Positions 55,808 through 64,000 of a DNA stretch of 64,000 bases are shown here, in pieces. Numbering within the stretch: the stretch's first letter is position 1; every line of letters starts with the position of its first letter. Below the pieces are notes generated by a model, which did not search any database, was not told the DNA's origin, and worked only from the letters and a program-made list of their open reading frames with translations. The position numbers were made by a program, and so were the translations under genes. The stretch is from the NCBI GenBank assembly GCA_964486045.1, contig CAZALK010000020.1, forward strand, positions 16,985-80,984, read 5' to 3'. Origin of the DNA: an uncultured archaeon. Lineage in GTDB: Archaea; Asgardarchaeota; Lokiarchaeia; Sigyniarchaeales; SOKP01.

Positions 55808-56857
55808 ATGATGAAAGAGATTATTAAATCTATTGTCTACACCTCAATGGATGAGAGGTTAGGACCGAGTCCGCATTTATGGTTGCCATTAGATTTACCC
55901 GAAGATATTCGAATGGGAGTAAGCATAAAATCAATTACGATGCTTACAACAGATCAAGGAATTATCCCTAAATCATTAGTAATCATGCCCTTCCCTTCTT
56001 TTGGACAAAAAGGATTGATAAAATATATTGAACGTGCAGATGATTCTCGCCGCGGAGGTATAGCATTATCATCAATTACACTATTATTTGATGAAGCCGA
56101 TGATCTTATTTTCTATAAATACTTGGATTACCTTGAAACTGCGTTTTCTAAAAGCGCCCAGAAAATTATTGAATTAGAAAATCAGAATGCAGAAAGCGTT
56201 GAGATTTATGCAGAGATAAATATCCTTCGAAAAAACCTCACAGAAATTTTAAATGATTTACAAAACAAAGAAAAATCAATTATTGAAGGAAAGGCGTTTC
56301 CTAAAGAAGAAACTGATAAAGAGTTAGTTGGATTTCATTCCAAAATTATTGTATGTGGAGATCCATCTGTAGGTAAAACCAGTACTATCCTACGATTTAC
56401 TGATAACGCTTTCATCCGTACTTATATCCCTACTTTAGGTGTAAGTATTTCTGAGAAAACTATCAAAATAAAAGAAGAGTATGTGAATTTAATCTTTTGG
56501 GATATAGCTGGACAAAGTAAATTTGAAATGATGAGGAGACATTTTTATCAAGGTGCAGAAGCGGTAATTGTTATATTTGATCTAACAAATCGTAAGTCAT
56601 TTGAAAGTGTTTCAGGTTGGTATAAGGACATAAAGAGGTACATCGAAATCTACCAAAACACTTTAATAGGGTTTGTTTTAGGAAATAAAGAGGATTTAGT
56701 TGGTGAGAGGAAAGTTTCAACTGCAGAGGCTAGTAGTGTAGCCAAAAGTCTAAACATTGGATACGTCGAGACTTCAGCTAAGACTGGTAAAAATGTTGAA
56801 CAGTTATTTTATAGAATAGCAGATTCTTTATTAAAAACAAAAAAAAAAAATGATTAA
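55808..56857 (+). CDS. N-terminal longin-like domain + Rab/Ras-like small GTPase (paralog of 53440..54492)
   Basis: 349 aa. The N-domain reads IIKSIVYTSMDERLGPSPHLW...LVIMPFPSFGQKGLIKYI. G1 is VCGDPSVGKTS and switch I is YIPTLGV. G3 is WDIAGQSKF, G4 is GNKEDL and G5 is ETSAKTGKNV. There is no C-terminal Cys (no prenylation motif). Confidence 0.75.
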   Translation: MMKEIIKSIVYTSMDERLGPSPHLWLPLDLPEDIRMGVSIKSITMLTTDQGIIPKSLVIMPFPSFGQKGLIKYIERADDSRRGGIALSSITLLFDEADDLIFYKYLDYLETAFSKSAQKIIELENQNAESVEIYAEINILRKNLTEILNDLQNKEKSIIEGKAFPKEETDKELVGFHSKIIVCGDPSVGKTSTILRFTDNAFIRTYIPTLGVSISEKTIKIKEEYVNLIFWDIAGQSKFEMMRRHFYQGAEAVIVIFDLTNRKSFESVSGWYKDIKRYIEIYQNTLIGFVLGNKEDLVGERKVSTAEASSVAKSLNIGYVETSAKTGKNVEQLFYRIADSLLKTKKKND

Positions 56858-56872
56858 AAATTTGAGATAAAA

Positions 56873-57448
56873 ATGAATTTAGAAGAAATTATTTTCAAAA
56901 GAAGAACAATTAGAAGATTTAAGCAAGATCCAATCTCGTTAGACACCTTAAAGAAGTTAGTGGATTTTGCTCGTGTTGCCCCAATGGCAAGTAATATTCA
57001 AGCCCTTGAATTTATCATCATTAAAGAGGAGGAAGAGAGAAAAAAAGTTTTTCAACTAGTACATTTTGCTAGTTCACTTCCTAAAGATCAAAGAACTCCT
57101 GAAAGCGGAAGAGAACCTACTGCTTATATCGTAGTTCTAGCAAATACCAATATAAAAAAATCCTTTGTAGATTTCGATGTTGGAGCGGCTGTTGAAAACA
57201 TATTACTCGGTGCAATTAATTTTGGGATTGGGACATGCTGGATGGCTAACATCAACGCGAAAAAAATAAGAGAAATGTATGAAATCCCTGAGCATTATGA
57301 TATAAAACAGGTCATCAGTTTAGGAATCCCGGATGAAGAATCTGTTATGGAACCAATTGAGGATTCATTTAAATATTGGAAAGACCAAGATGGAAAGATG
57401 CACATTCCTAAAAGAGATTTAAAAGATGTGATATTCAAAATCTATTAA
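56873..57448 (+). CDS. nitroreductase-family protein
   Basis: RRTIRRFKQDPIS, the APMASNIQ block and the C-terminal GIGTCWM block are typical of FMN-dependent nitroreductases. Confidence 0.8.
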   Translation: MNLEEIIFKRRTIRRFKQDPISLDTLKKLVDFARVAPMASNIQALEFIIIKEEEERKKVFQLVHFASSLPKDQRTPESGREPTAYIVVLANTNIKKSFVDFDVGAAVENILLGAINFGIGTCWMANINAKKIREMYEIPEHYDIKQVISLGIPDEESVMEPIEDSFKYWKDQDGKMHIPKRDLKDVIFKIY

Positions 57449-57639
57449 ATTTTCATAAATTTATTTCTTTTTTTTACTTATCCCCTTTACACCTCATTTT
57501 TCGGCTTCTATCTTAGGTAGATTAATATTTAAACCCTTTTATCAAGTTTAGCTTCAATGTTATTCTTATCTATATTTTAATGAATGGTAAAGTTTTCATT
57601 AAGATATGACTCAACTTCAATTTTATAGTCTATGTATAT

Positions 57640-58527
57640 TTGAGTGAAACAAGAAAAAGATTAAAAAAGAAGTCCCTATATTTTATTTACAAAGTAAAAA
57701 ACAATATTAAAAAAATAGAGGAAAAATGCATGAAGATAATAGAAATTGAAGGTGTTGGTGAAAAATATGCTAAAACTTTAGAGAAAGCAGGTATAGCAAA
57801 TGTCAAGGACTTAATACCTTTAAAATGGAAAGAAATTAAGGATCTCGCTGCTAAAACAGATATTTCTTTAAAATTAGTTGAAAAATGGCAAGATCAGGCA
57901 GAATTAATGAAAATAAAAGGTGTTGGTCCTGAATATTCCGAAGTCTTGAATAGAGTTGGAATAGATTCAACTCGAGAACTTGCCTATCGAAACCCTAAAA
58001 ATACACTTGAAAAAATTGTTGAATTTGACAAGAAACAACCTAATGTCATAAGAAAAATCCCAGTTGCTAAAGATATAGAAGGCTGGATTACTGAAGCCAA
58101 AGGTATGATTAAAGAGAAAAATGTAAAGATTACAACAAAAACAACTCCTATAATTGACATCGAGGGAATTGGTGATAAATTTGGAAAAACTTTAGAAAAA
58201 GTGGGTGTAAGTTTTGTCGAAAATCTTGTGGGTTTAGATAAAGACGGCATAAAAGAATTAGCTTCGAAAACGAAAATCTCAGAAAAATTAATAGACAAAT
58301 GGGCAGAACATGCAGATTTGATGAGAATAGGGGGTGTGGGACCGGAATATTCTGAAGTATTGAATGAAATTGGAATCGACTCAGTAAAAGAATTTGCACA
58401 ACGTAACCCCAAAAATACTTTAGACCGAATAATGGCCTTGGATAAAGAAAAACCAGACATTTTCAGGAGACCACCATCTTTAAAAATGGTTGAAGAATGG
58501 ATTGAAGAAGCCAAGAAAATTAAATAA
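57640..58527 (+). CDS. tandem DUF4332-type helix-hairpin-helix protein (internally duplicated)
   Basis: It consists of two copies of about 130 aa. Copy 1 reads IEGVGEKYAKTLEKAGI...IKGVGPEYSEVLNRVGIDSTRELAYRNPKNTLEKI. Copy 2 reads IEGIGDKFGKTLEKVGV...IGGVGPEYSEVLNEIGIDSVKEFAQRNPKNTLDRI. The likely start is the ATG at 57730. Confidence 0.65.
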   Translation: MSETRKRLKKKSLYFIYKVKNNIKKIEEKCMKIIEIEGVGEKYAKTLEKAGIANVKDLIPLKWKEIKDLAAKTDISLKLVEKWQDQAELMKIKGVGPEYSEVLNRVGIDSTRELAYRNPKNTLEKIVEFDKKQPNVIRKIPVAKDIEGWITEAKGMIKEKNVKITTKTTPIIDIEGIGDKFGKTLEKVGVSFVENLVGLDKDGIKELASKTKISEKLIDKWAEHADLMRIGGVGPEYSEVLNEIGIDSVKEFAQRNPKNTLDRIMALDKEKPDIFRRPPSLKMVEEWIEEAKKIK

Positions 58528-58584
58528 TATTTTTTTATCTTTATTTTTTAGTTGAGATCAATATATTGCTGTTTGATTTTAGTT

Positions 58585-58818
58585 TTACATGGGTACAACT
58601 ATGTGTGTTTGAGTTCTATCAACACCCTCAATCCTATGAAGCTTTGCTAGAATAGTTTTTGCGATGGTTTCAACATCCTTTCCTTCTACTTTTGTAATTA
58701 TATCAATACCTCCAGTTACGCCATAAGTTTCTTTAACTTCTGGAATCTGATTTAATTCTTTAATAACAGATTCTACAAATCCAGCTTTAATTTTCATTAA
58801 GACAAAACATAACGTCAA
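58585..58818 (-). CDS. stand-alone Lrp/AsnC ligand-binding (RAM) domain protein
   Basis: 77 aa. FVLMKIKAG....VIKELNQIPEVKETYGVTGGIDIITKVEGKDVE....I..KLHRIEGVDRTQTHIV is the AsnC_trans_reg pattern without an HTH. Confidence 0.7.
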   Translation of the reverse strand: MTLCFVLMKIKAGFVESVIKELNQIPEVKETYGVTGGIDIITKVEGKDVETIAKTILAKLHRIEGVDRTQTHIVVPM

Positions 58819-58938
58819 TTTTTAAAATCTCCTCTATAATATTATTAATATAATTGTTAAAATTATCTTGAGAATTTATATTATTTTTTATTGTTTAATA
58901 TTAAGATTGAATTGATATTTAATTGTTGGAAAGCTTAA

Positions 58939-60535
58939 TCTCGGTTAATTTGATCACTTTTCTAATGTTTTAATAAATTATTCGGGGATCAATAATTGTA
59001 TAAGCCACATCTGCTATAAGCGTTCCTGAAATTATTATAATTGTAGAAAATACAAGTATTCCCATTGTTACTGTGTAATCGCCCTCGGTGATAGCGATAT
59101 ATAAATAATATCCCATACCGCCATAATTAAACGTGAATTCTACGAACATTGATCCCAAAAGTGATACTGCAATTCCTCCTGTGATAATGTGGCTTGTAGG
59201 GAGTATTCCGTTTCGAAAAGCATGTTTATTTATAACATCGCTTTCTTTAACTCCCTTAGACCGTGCAGTCCTAATATAATCCTGATCCAATACATCTAAC
59301 ATACTAGATCGGGTTTGACGGGTGATCGAAGATAAAGATACAAATATCATACAAAATGCTGGCAGAATCAGATGAGTCATTGTATCTAACAAATAGATTG
59401 GATCATTGTATAAAATACTATCAATAAACCTAAATCCTGTACTAACTCCGCCAAGAGGGATTGGAGTCGGTAAGGAGGGATTGTTTGAAAATAAGACTTG
59501 GATATAAACTTCACCATAAGTAAATTGTCTAATTGATATACCCATAAATAATTGTACAACTATAGAAATATAAAACAGTGGAAGTCCTGCTCCTACTATG
59601 CCCAAATCTCGAATAAGGGCATCTTTTGGGGTATTTCTATCTCTTGCTGAAGCAATTCCTAATTTTATAGCAATGATAGGAACAACAACAATCGAGAATA
59701 GCATTAATTCAATGGTTCTTGGAAAAATAACACCTATAATATCAAGTACTTTTTCTCCTTGTAATATAATATAAGATTCACCCCAGTCCCCAAGAAAGAA
59801 ATTTCTAATATATATGCTAAGTTGTACATACCATGGATTGTACCAACCTATTCTTATCTTTTCTCTTTCAAGAGCTAGAATTGCATCAGGAGTAAGCAAG
59901 CCTAAATCCTCAAATTTACTCATAATAGGATCGACATCCATAAGATGAGTTAAAATCCAAGTAAATGTTAAAACCGCAATTAAGATAGGAATCATTAGTA
60001 ATATTCTCTTAAAGATATATCTCGCCATATTCTGGACTTGACGTGCCATTTTTTTCCTCACTTTACAAATATTAATTTTGAAACCTTTTCTTAGCCAACT
60101 TACTTAAGCCTAGAAAATCCCCTTCTCTGCCTTGTTTAGATGATTTTCAATTAGGTTTTTTTATATTTCATAAGGATGGTTTAAAAAAAAATTCGCTGTA
60201 TTTAGTATTTACGTTCTTTTTTCAAGATATTTACGTTCGTAATTCTTTACCCATTGATAATTTTGTATTTTTTTTTTTCAATAAGAGAGAGTAAATTTAC
60301 CCTTGTTTAGAAAAGTAGAAAAACCATCATCATTAAATAAAATAATAACTTTTTTATGGAAATTTTTTGATAATTTTATAATCATGCATAAAGAAATTGA
60401 AAACTTAGTGGAAATATTTGTTGAAAACTATAAAGAAATTAATAAGGATAAAATAAATTGAAGTTTCCCAATTTTAGTCTTTGCAGATGCCAAAGATCCA
60501 ATGTTTCTTCGATTAAAACATATAATTGGTCAAGA
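58939..60535. repeat. segmental duplication, copy A (permease + divergent intergenic region + 5' fragment of the Fe-S gene)
   Basis: It aligns by eye with 60686..62273. The alignment is identical over the permease 3' third and nearly so over the intergenic region, and is more diverged in the permease 5' two-thirds. Confidence 0.85.
58970..60061 (-). CDS. ABC peptide/nickel-type transporter permease (DppB/OppB family), copy 1
   Basis: 363 aa and multi-pass. The EAA-loop region DYIRTARSKGVKESDVINKHAFRNGILP matches DppB/OppB. No cognate binding-protein, second permease or ATPase gene is adjacent. Confidence 0.8.
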   Translation of the reverse strand: MRKKMARQVQNMARYIFKRILLMIPILIAVLTFTWILTHLMDVDPIMSKFEDLGLLTPDAILALEREKIRIGWYNPWYVQLSIYIRNFFLGDWGESYIILQGEKVLDIIGVIFPRTIELMLFSIVVVPIIAIKLGIASARDRNTPKDALIRDLGIVGAGLPLFYISIVVQLFMGISIRQFTYGEVYIQVLFSNNPSLPTPIPLGGVSTGFRFIDSILYNDPIYLLDTMTHLILPAFCMIFVSLSSITRQTRSSMLDVLDQDYIRTARSKGVKESDVINKHAFRNGILPTSHIITGGIAVSLLGSMFVEFTFNYGGMGYYLYIAITEGDYTVTMGILVFSTIIIISGTLIADVAYTIIDPRIIY

Positions 60536-60679
60536 CCCTTACTCGGTGTAATAAGTTTTGGGATTAGAACATGCTGGATGGCTAACATAAATGCAAAAAA
60601 AATAAGAGAAATGTATAAAATCCCTGAATATTATGACATAAAACAAATTATTAGTTTAGGAGTCCCAGATGAAGAATCC
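60303..60679 (+). pseudogene. chimeric duplication scar: degraded 5' copy of the 62041.. Fe-S gene fused to a 3' fragment copy of the nitroreductase gene
   Basis: 60303..60535 parallels 62041..62273 but has an in-frame stop (..AAATAAATTGAAG..). 60538..60679 parallels 57202..57343 (LLGVISFGIRTCWMANINAKKIREMYKIPEYYDIKQIISLGVPDEES versus the intact nitroreductase). Confidence 0.8.
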
Positions 60680-60685
60680 ACTATA

Positions 60686-62273
60686 TTTCGGTCATTTTGA
60701 TCACTTTTTTAATGTTTTAATAAATTATTCGGGGATCAATAATTGTGTAAGCTACATCTGCTATTAGCGTTCCTGAAATTATTATAATTGTAGAAAATAC
60801 AAGTATTCCCATTGTTACTGTGTAATCGCCCTCGGTGATAGCGATATATAAATAATATCCCATACCGCCATAATTAAACGTGAATTCTACGAACATTGAT
60901 CCCAAAAGTGATACTGCAATTCCTCCTGTGATAATGTGGCTTGTAGGGAGTATTCCGTTTCGAAAAGCATGTTTATTTATAACATCGCTTTCTTTAACTC
61001 CCTTAGACCGTGCAGTCCTAATATAATCCTGATCCAATACATCTAACATACTAGATCGGGTTTGACGGGTGATAGTAGATAAAGATACAAATATCATACA
61101 AAATACAGGCAGAATCAAATGAGCGATAGTATCCAACAAATAAATTGGATCATTATATAAAATACTATCAATAACCCTAAATCCTGTGGTAACTCCGCCA
61201 GGAGGGACTGGAATCGGTAAGGAGGGATTATTTGAATATACGACTGGGACATAAACTTCACCATAAGTAAATTGTCTAATTGATCTGCCCATAAATAATT
61301 GTACAAGTATAGAGATATAAAATAACGGGAGTCCTGCTCCTACTATGCCCAAACCTCGAATAAGGGCATCTTTTGGTTTATTTCTATCTCTTGCTGAAGC
61401 AACTCCTAATTTCATAGCAATGATAGGAACAACAACAATCGAGAATAGCATTAATTCAATGGTTCTTGGAAAAATGACACCTATAATATCAAGTACTTTT
61501 TCTCCTTGTAATACGATATAGGATTCACCCCAGTCTCCAAGAAAGAAATTTCTAAGATATATGCCAAGTTGTACATACCACGGATCATACCAACCCATTC
61601 TTATCTTTTCTCTTTCAATAGGTCCAGATCTAACTTCCATCCAACCCTCAAATTTACTCATAATTGGATTAACATCCATCAGATGAGTTAAAATCCAAGT
61701 AAATATTAACACCGCAATTAAGATAGGAATCATTAGTAATATTCTCTTAAAGATATATCTCACCATACTCTGGACTTGACGTGCCATTTTTTTCCTCACT
61801 TTACAAACATTAATTTTGAAACTTTTTCTTTGCCAACTTACTTAAGCCTAGAAAATCCCCTTCTCTGCCTTGTTTAGATGATTTTCAATTAGGTTTTTTT
61901 ATATTTCATAAGGATGGTTTAAAAAAAAATTCGCTGTATTTAGTATTTACGTTCTTTTTTCAAGATATTTACGTTCGTAATTCTTTACCCATTGATAATT
62001 TTGTATTTTTTTTTTTCAATAAGAGAGAGTAAATTTACCCTTGTTTAGAAAAGTAGAAAAACCATCATCATTAAATAAAATAATAACTTTTTTATGGAAA
62101 TTTGTTGATAATTTTATAATCATGTATAAAGAAATTGAAAACTTAGCCGAAATATTTGTTGAAAATTATAAAAAAAATAATAAGGTTAAAACAAATTGGG
62201 ATTCCCCAATTTTAGCATTTGCAAATGCTAAAGATCCAATGTTTCTTCGATTAAAACATGTAATTGGTCAAGA
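60686..62273. repeat. segmental duplication, copy B
   Basis: See copy A. The offset is 1747 nt at the left edge and 1738 nt at the right edge, a net 9-nt indel that matches the 363-aa versus 360-aa permeases. Confidence 0.85.
60717..61799 (-). CDS. ABC peptide/nickel-type transporter permease (DppB/OppB family), copy 2
   Basis: 360 aa. The C-terminal roughly 120 aa are identical to copy 1, and the N-terminal two-thirds carry scattered substitutions plus a divergent 15-aa patch. Confidence 0.8.
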   Translation of the reverse strand: MRKKMARQVQSMVRYIFKRILLMIPILIAVLIFTWILTHLMDVNPIMSKFEGWMEVRSGPIEREKIRMGWYDPWYVQLGIYLRNFFLGDWGESYIVLQGEKVLDIIGVIFPRTIELMLFSIVVVPIIAMKLGVASARDRNKPKDALIRGLGIVGAGLPLFYISILVQLFMGRSIRQFTYGEVYVPVVYSNNPSLPIPVPPGGVTTGFRVIDSILYNDPIYLLDTIAHLILPVFCMIFVSLSTITRQTRSSMLDVLDQDYIRTARSKGVKESDVINKHAFRNGILPTSHIITGGIAVSLLGSMFVEFTFNYGGMGYYLYIAITEGDYTVTMGILVFSTIIIISGTLIADVAYTIIDPRIIY

Positions 62274-62880
62274 GCACAAACTTCCAAACGAATTGATGAG
62301 CACTGCTCAAACTATAATTACATATTTTGTTCCATTCAATCAAGAAGTAGTCCTTAGTAATGTTGGGGGTATAAAAGCTTCTCGAAAATGGGCGTTGGCT
62401 TATATTGAAACAAATAAGTTATTGAACAATTTGACTCGATCCTTATCAAATACATTACAAAACAAAAATTATGAATGCTTTGAAATACCTCCAACACACA
62501 ATTTTGATAAAACCACATTAAAAGGATACTGGTCTCATAAGCATGTAGCTTATATTGCGGGTTTAGGAAGATTTGGCCTACATAAAATGCTAATAACTGA
62601 AAAGGGATGCTGTGGAAGGTTAGGAAGTTTGATAACATCAGCAAGGATTGAAGCTACAGAAAGAAAAATAAATGAATATTGCCTTTATTATCAGAATAAC
62701 AGTTGTAAACAGTGTATTGCTAGATGTACTTTCGATATACTTAAGGATGATTCATTTGATCGACATAAATGTTATAATGTTTGTTTAGAAAACGGTAAAC
62801 TTTATTCTGCATTAGGGTTATCAGATATGTGTGGGAAGTGTGCATGTGGTGTTCCTTGTTCACTTAAAAATCCTTGTTAG
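62041..62880 (+). CDS. QueG/reductive-dehalogenase-like iron-sulfur protein
   Basis: HVAYIAGLGRFGLHKMLITEKGCCGRLGSLIT resembles the QueG core (aGLG-x-x-GK-x-x-L). Two Cys clusters are present: CKQCIARC and CGKCACGVPC. The likely start is the ATG at 62122. It ends in TAG. Confidence 0.5.
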   Translation: MFRKVEKPSSLNKIITFLWKFVDNFIIMYKEIENLAEIFVENYKKNNKVKTNWDSPILAFANAKDPMFLRLKHVIGQEHKLPNELMSTAQTIITYFVPFNQEVVLSNVGGIKASRKWALAYIETNKLLNNLTRSLSNTLQNKNYECFEIPPTHNFDKTTLKGYWSHKHVAYIAGLGRFGLHKMLITEKGCCGRLGSLITSARIEATERKINEYCLYYQNNSCKQCIARCTFDILKDDSFDRHKCYNVCLENGKLYSALGLSDMCGKCACGVPCSLKNPC

Positions 62881-62953
62881 TATGGGATGTCACTAACTTA
62901 CTCCTTTTAAAATGGTTGAATTGACATGGATTTTTGGAAATAAAATAAAAAGA

Positions 62954-64000
62954 TTATTGCAGAGGATACACACCATATTTATGAGTAGCTTCGACCATCC
63001 ACTTTATTCTTTGATATGTCATAGCAGGATGAGAATTGGAGGGTGATAATATATATCCTCCTCCCGGGCCTAATGCTTTAATAGCGTATTTAACTGCTTC
63101 TTCAACTTCTTTTTGTGTCCCTTTTACCAGTATATGCGATGTATCTATATTTCCAAGTAAACACAATTTATCCCCTACTTTCTTTTTTACCAAATTTAAG
63201 TCAACATAAGGAGGCTCCAAACAATGAAGACCATCAAAACCTGATTCAACTATAAAATCCAAGAGTGAAGTTATATCACCATCTGAATGAAATATAATTT
63301 TTCCACCCCATTCATGCACAGCTTCGGTTACTCTTTTCATGCAGGGTAAAACGTATTGGTTTATATATTTTGGATTGAGTAATGGTCCCGATTTAAATGC
63401 CATATCCCCTCCCTCAAAAAATATTTGTGCACCAGCTTCAGCATAAGTTTTAAACAATCCAATTACAAATTCAGTAGTTTGTTCAAAACGCTCTTCTATC
63501 AATTTAGGATTCTTACGTAACGCTCTTGCAAAACTATTCATTCCCATCCCTTGCCATACGGGGGGAAATACACTAGCAAAATCATCCTGTGCCATAAAAC
63601 AAAAATCTGGATTCTTGAATTTCCCACTTCTACGGATGATTGTTCTATACAGCTTTTTAGCTCGATTGTAAATCTCGGGTAAATTAGGTTTTGGATAATT
63701 ATCCCAATCTAATTGATTCTTAATCACACCATCAATATAATATGGAAAAATATGTCCATTATCATTTAATATCTTATAAACTCGACCAAAAATATCAGTC
63801 ATTCTTTCTTTGCTCTCAAATTTGAATGGGATATACCCGATTCCACAAGTATCATACCCTACTATGGTCGCAGTTTCTATGGCACGCAAGAAGACATTTA
63901 TTTCTATCTCAGCTATTATGTTATTTACACGCTCAACCCAATCATCGGGATGTTGTTCCTCAAGTTCATCAATAATATCAAAAGCTGTTCTAGGTGGTTT
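62954..64000 (-). CDS. uroporphyrinogen-decarboxylase-family (MtaA/MtbA/CmuA-like) methyltransferase, 5' end beyond the window
   Basis: IFHSDGDITSLLDFIVESGFDGLHCLEP and ILSPSNSH blocks are URO-D family. The frame stays open from the track start (TTG at 63889) to position 64000, so the gene is partial. Confidence 0.7.
   Translation of the reverse strand, partial: KPPRTAFDIIDELEEQHPDDWVERVNNIIAEIEINVFLRAIETATIVGYDTCGIGYIPFKFESKERMTDIFGRVYKILNDNGHIFPYYIDGVIKNQLDWDNYPKPNLPEIYNRAKKLYRTIIRRSGKFKNPDFCFMAQDDFASVFPPVWQGMGMNSFARALRKNPKLIEERFEQTTEFVIGLFKTYAEAGAQIFFEGGDMAFKSGPLLNPKYINQYVLPCMKRVTEAVHEWGGKIIFHSDGDITSLLDFIVESGFDGLHCLEPPYVDLNLVKKKVGDKLCLLGNIDTSHILVKGTQKEVEEAVKYAIKALGPGGGYILSPSNSHPAMTYQRIKWMVEATHKYGVYPLQ

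Noticed and set aside
56855-56875. The Rab-like gene (55808..56857) and the nitroreductase gene (56873..57448) are in the same frame, 5 codons apart. This raised the possibility of read-through fusion like the three interrupted genes.
   Set aside because: The stop is TAA, the downstream gene has its own ATG and a complete, unrelated domain, and same-frame adjacency happens by chance one time in three.

Overview
This is a strongly AT-rich archaeal chromosomal segment (roughly 30% G+C by eye, not computed). I call about 62 protein genes and one tRNA (tRNA-Pro, anticodon CGG, no encoded CCA). I recognise no rRNA, CRISPR array, transposase or integrase. Archaeal identity rests on TBP, ribosomal protein L13e, UPF0147, MtrH, an archaeosortase-like protein, ADP-forming acetyl-CoA synthetase and HypC/CooC. 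Housekeeping content includes a threonine block (thrC, hom, ACT protein), endonuclease V, cyclophilin, an aminotransferase, PEP synthase-like enzyme, TatD, an M29 aminopeptidase, a class III RNR-like enzyme and methyl-transfer enzymes (MtrH, a URO-D/MtaA-like protein). The outstanding feature is a dense set of eukaryote-like small-GTPase modules spread over about 38 kb. (1) Three Rag/Gtr-like GTPases carry G4 HKxD/NKxD/SKxD, a G5 TSI[FY] block and a C-terminal roadblock-like domain; two of them also have an N-terminal longin-like domain. (2) A zinc-ribbon + Roadblock/LC7 protein lies directly downstream of one Rag-like gene. (3) Two paralogous longin-like + Rab/Ras-like GTPases flank tatD. (4) There is a stand-alone longin-like + wHTH protein. 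(5) A roughly 1600-aa sequon-rich surface protein has a cytoplasmic tail carrying the same longin-like + wHTH module. This pattern suggests an Asgard (Loki-like) archaeon and a Rag/Ragulator-like signalling network wired to a surface receptor; both points are inference. Other notable observations: three otherwise intact genes are each broken by a single in-frame stop (TAG, TAG, TAA) with no frameshift. Three genes have conserved N-termini lying upstream of any ATG/GTG/TTG, each behind an SD-like motif. A 1.6-kb segmental duplication has a chimeric junction scar and mosaic identity. One gene ends in an 18-bp x 8 coding tandem repeat giving a His/Asp-rich tail. A perfect 16-bp inverted repeat sits in the longest intergenic region.
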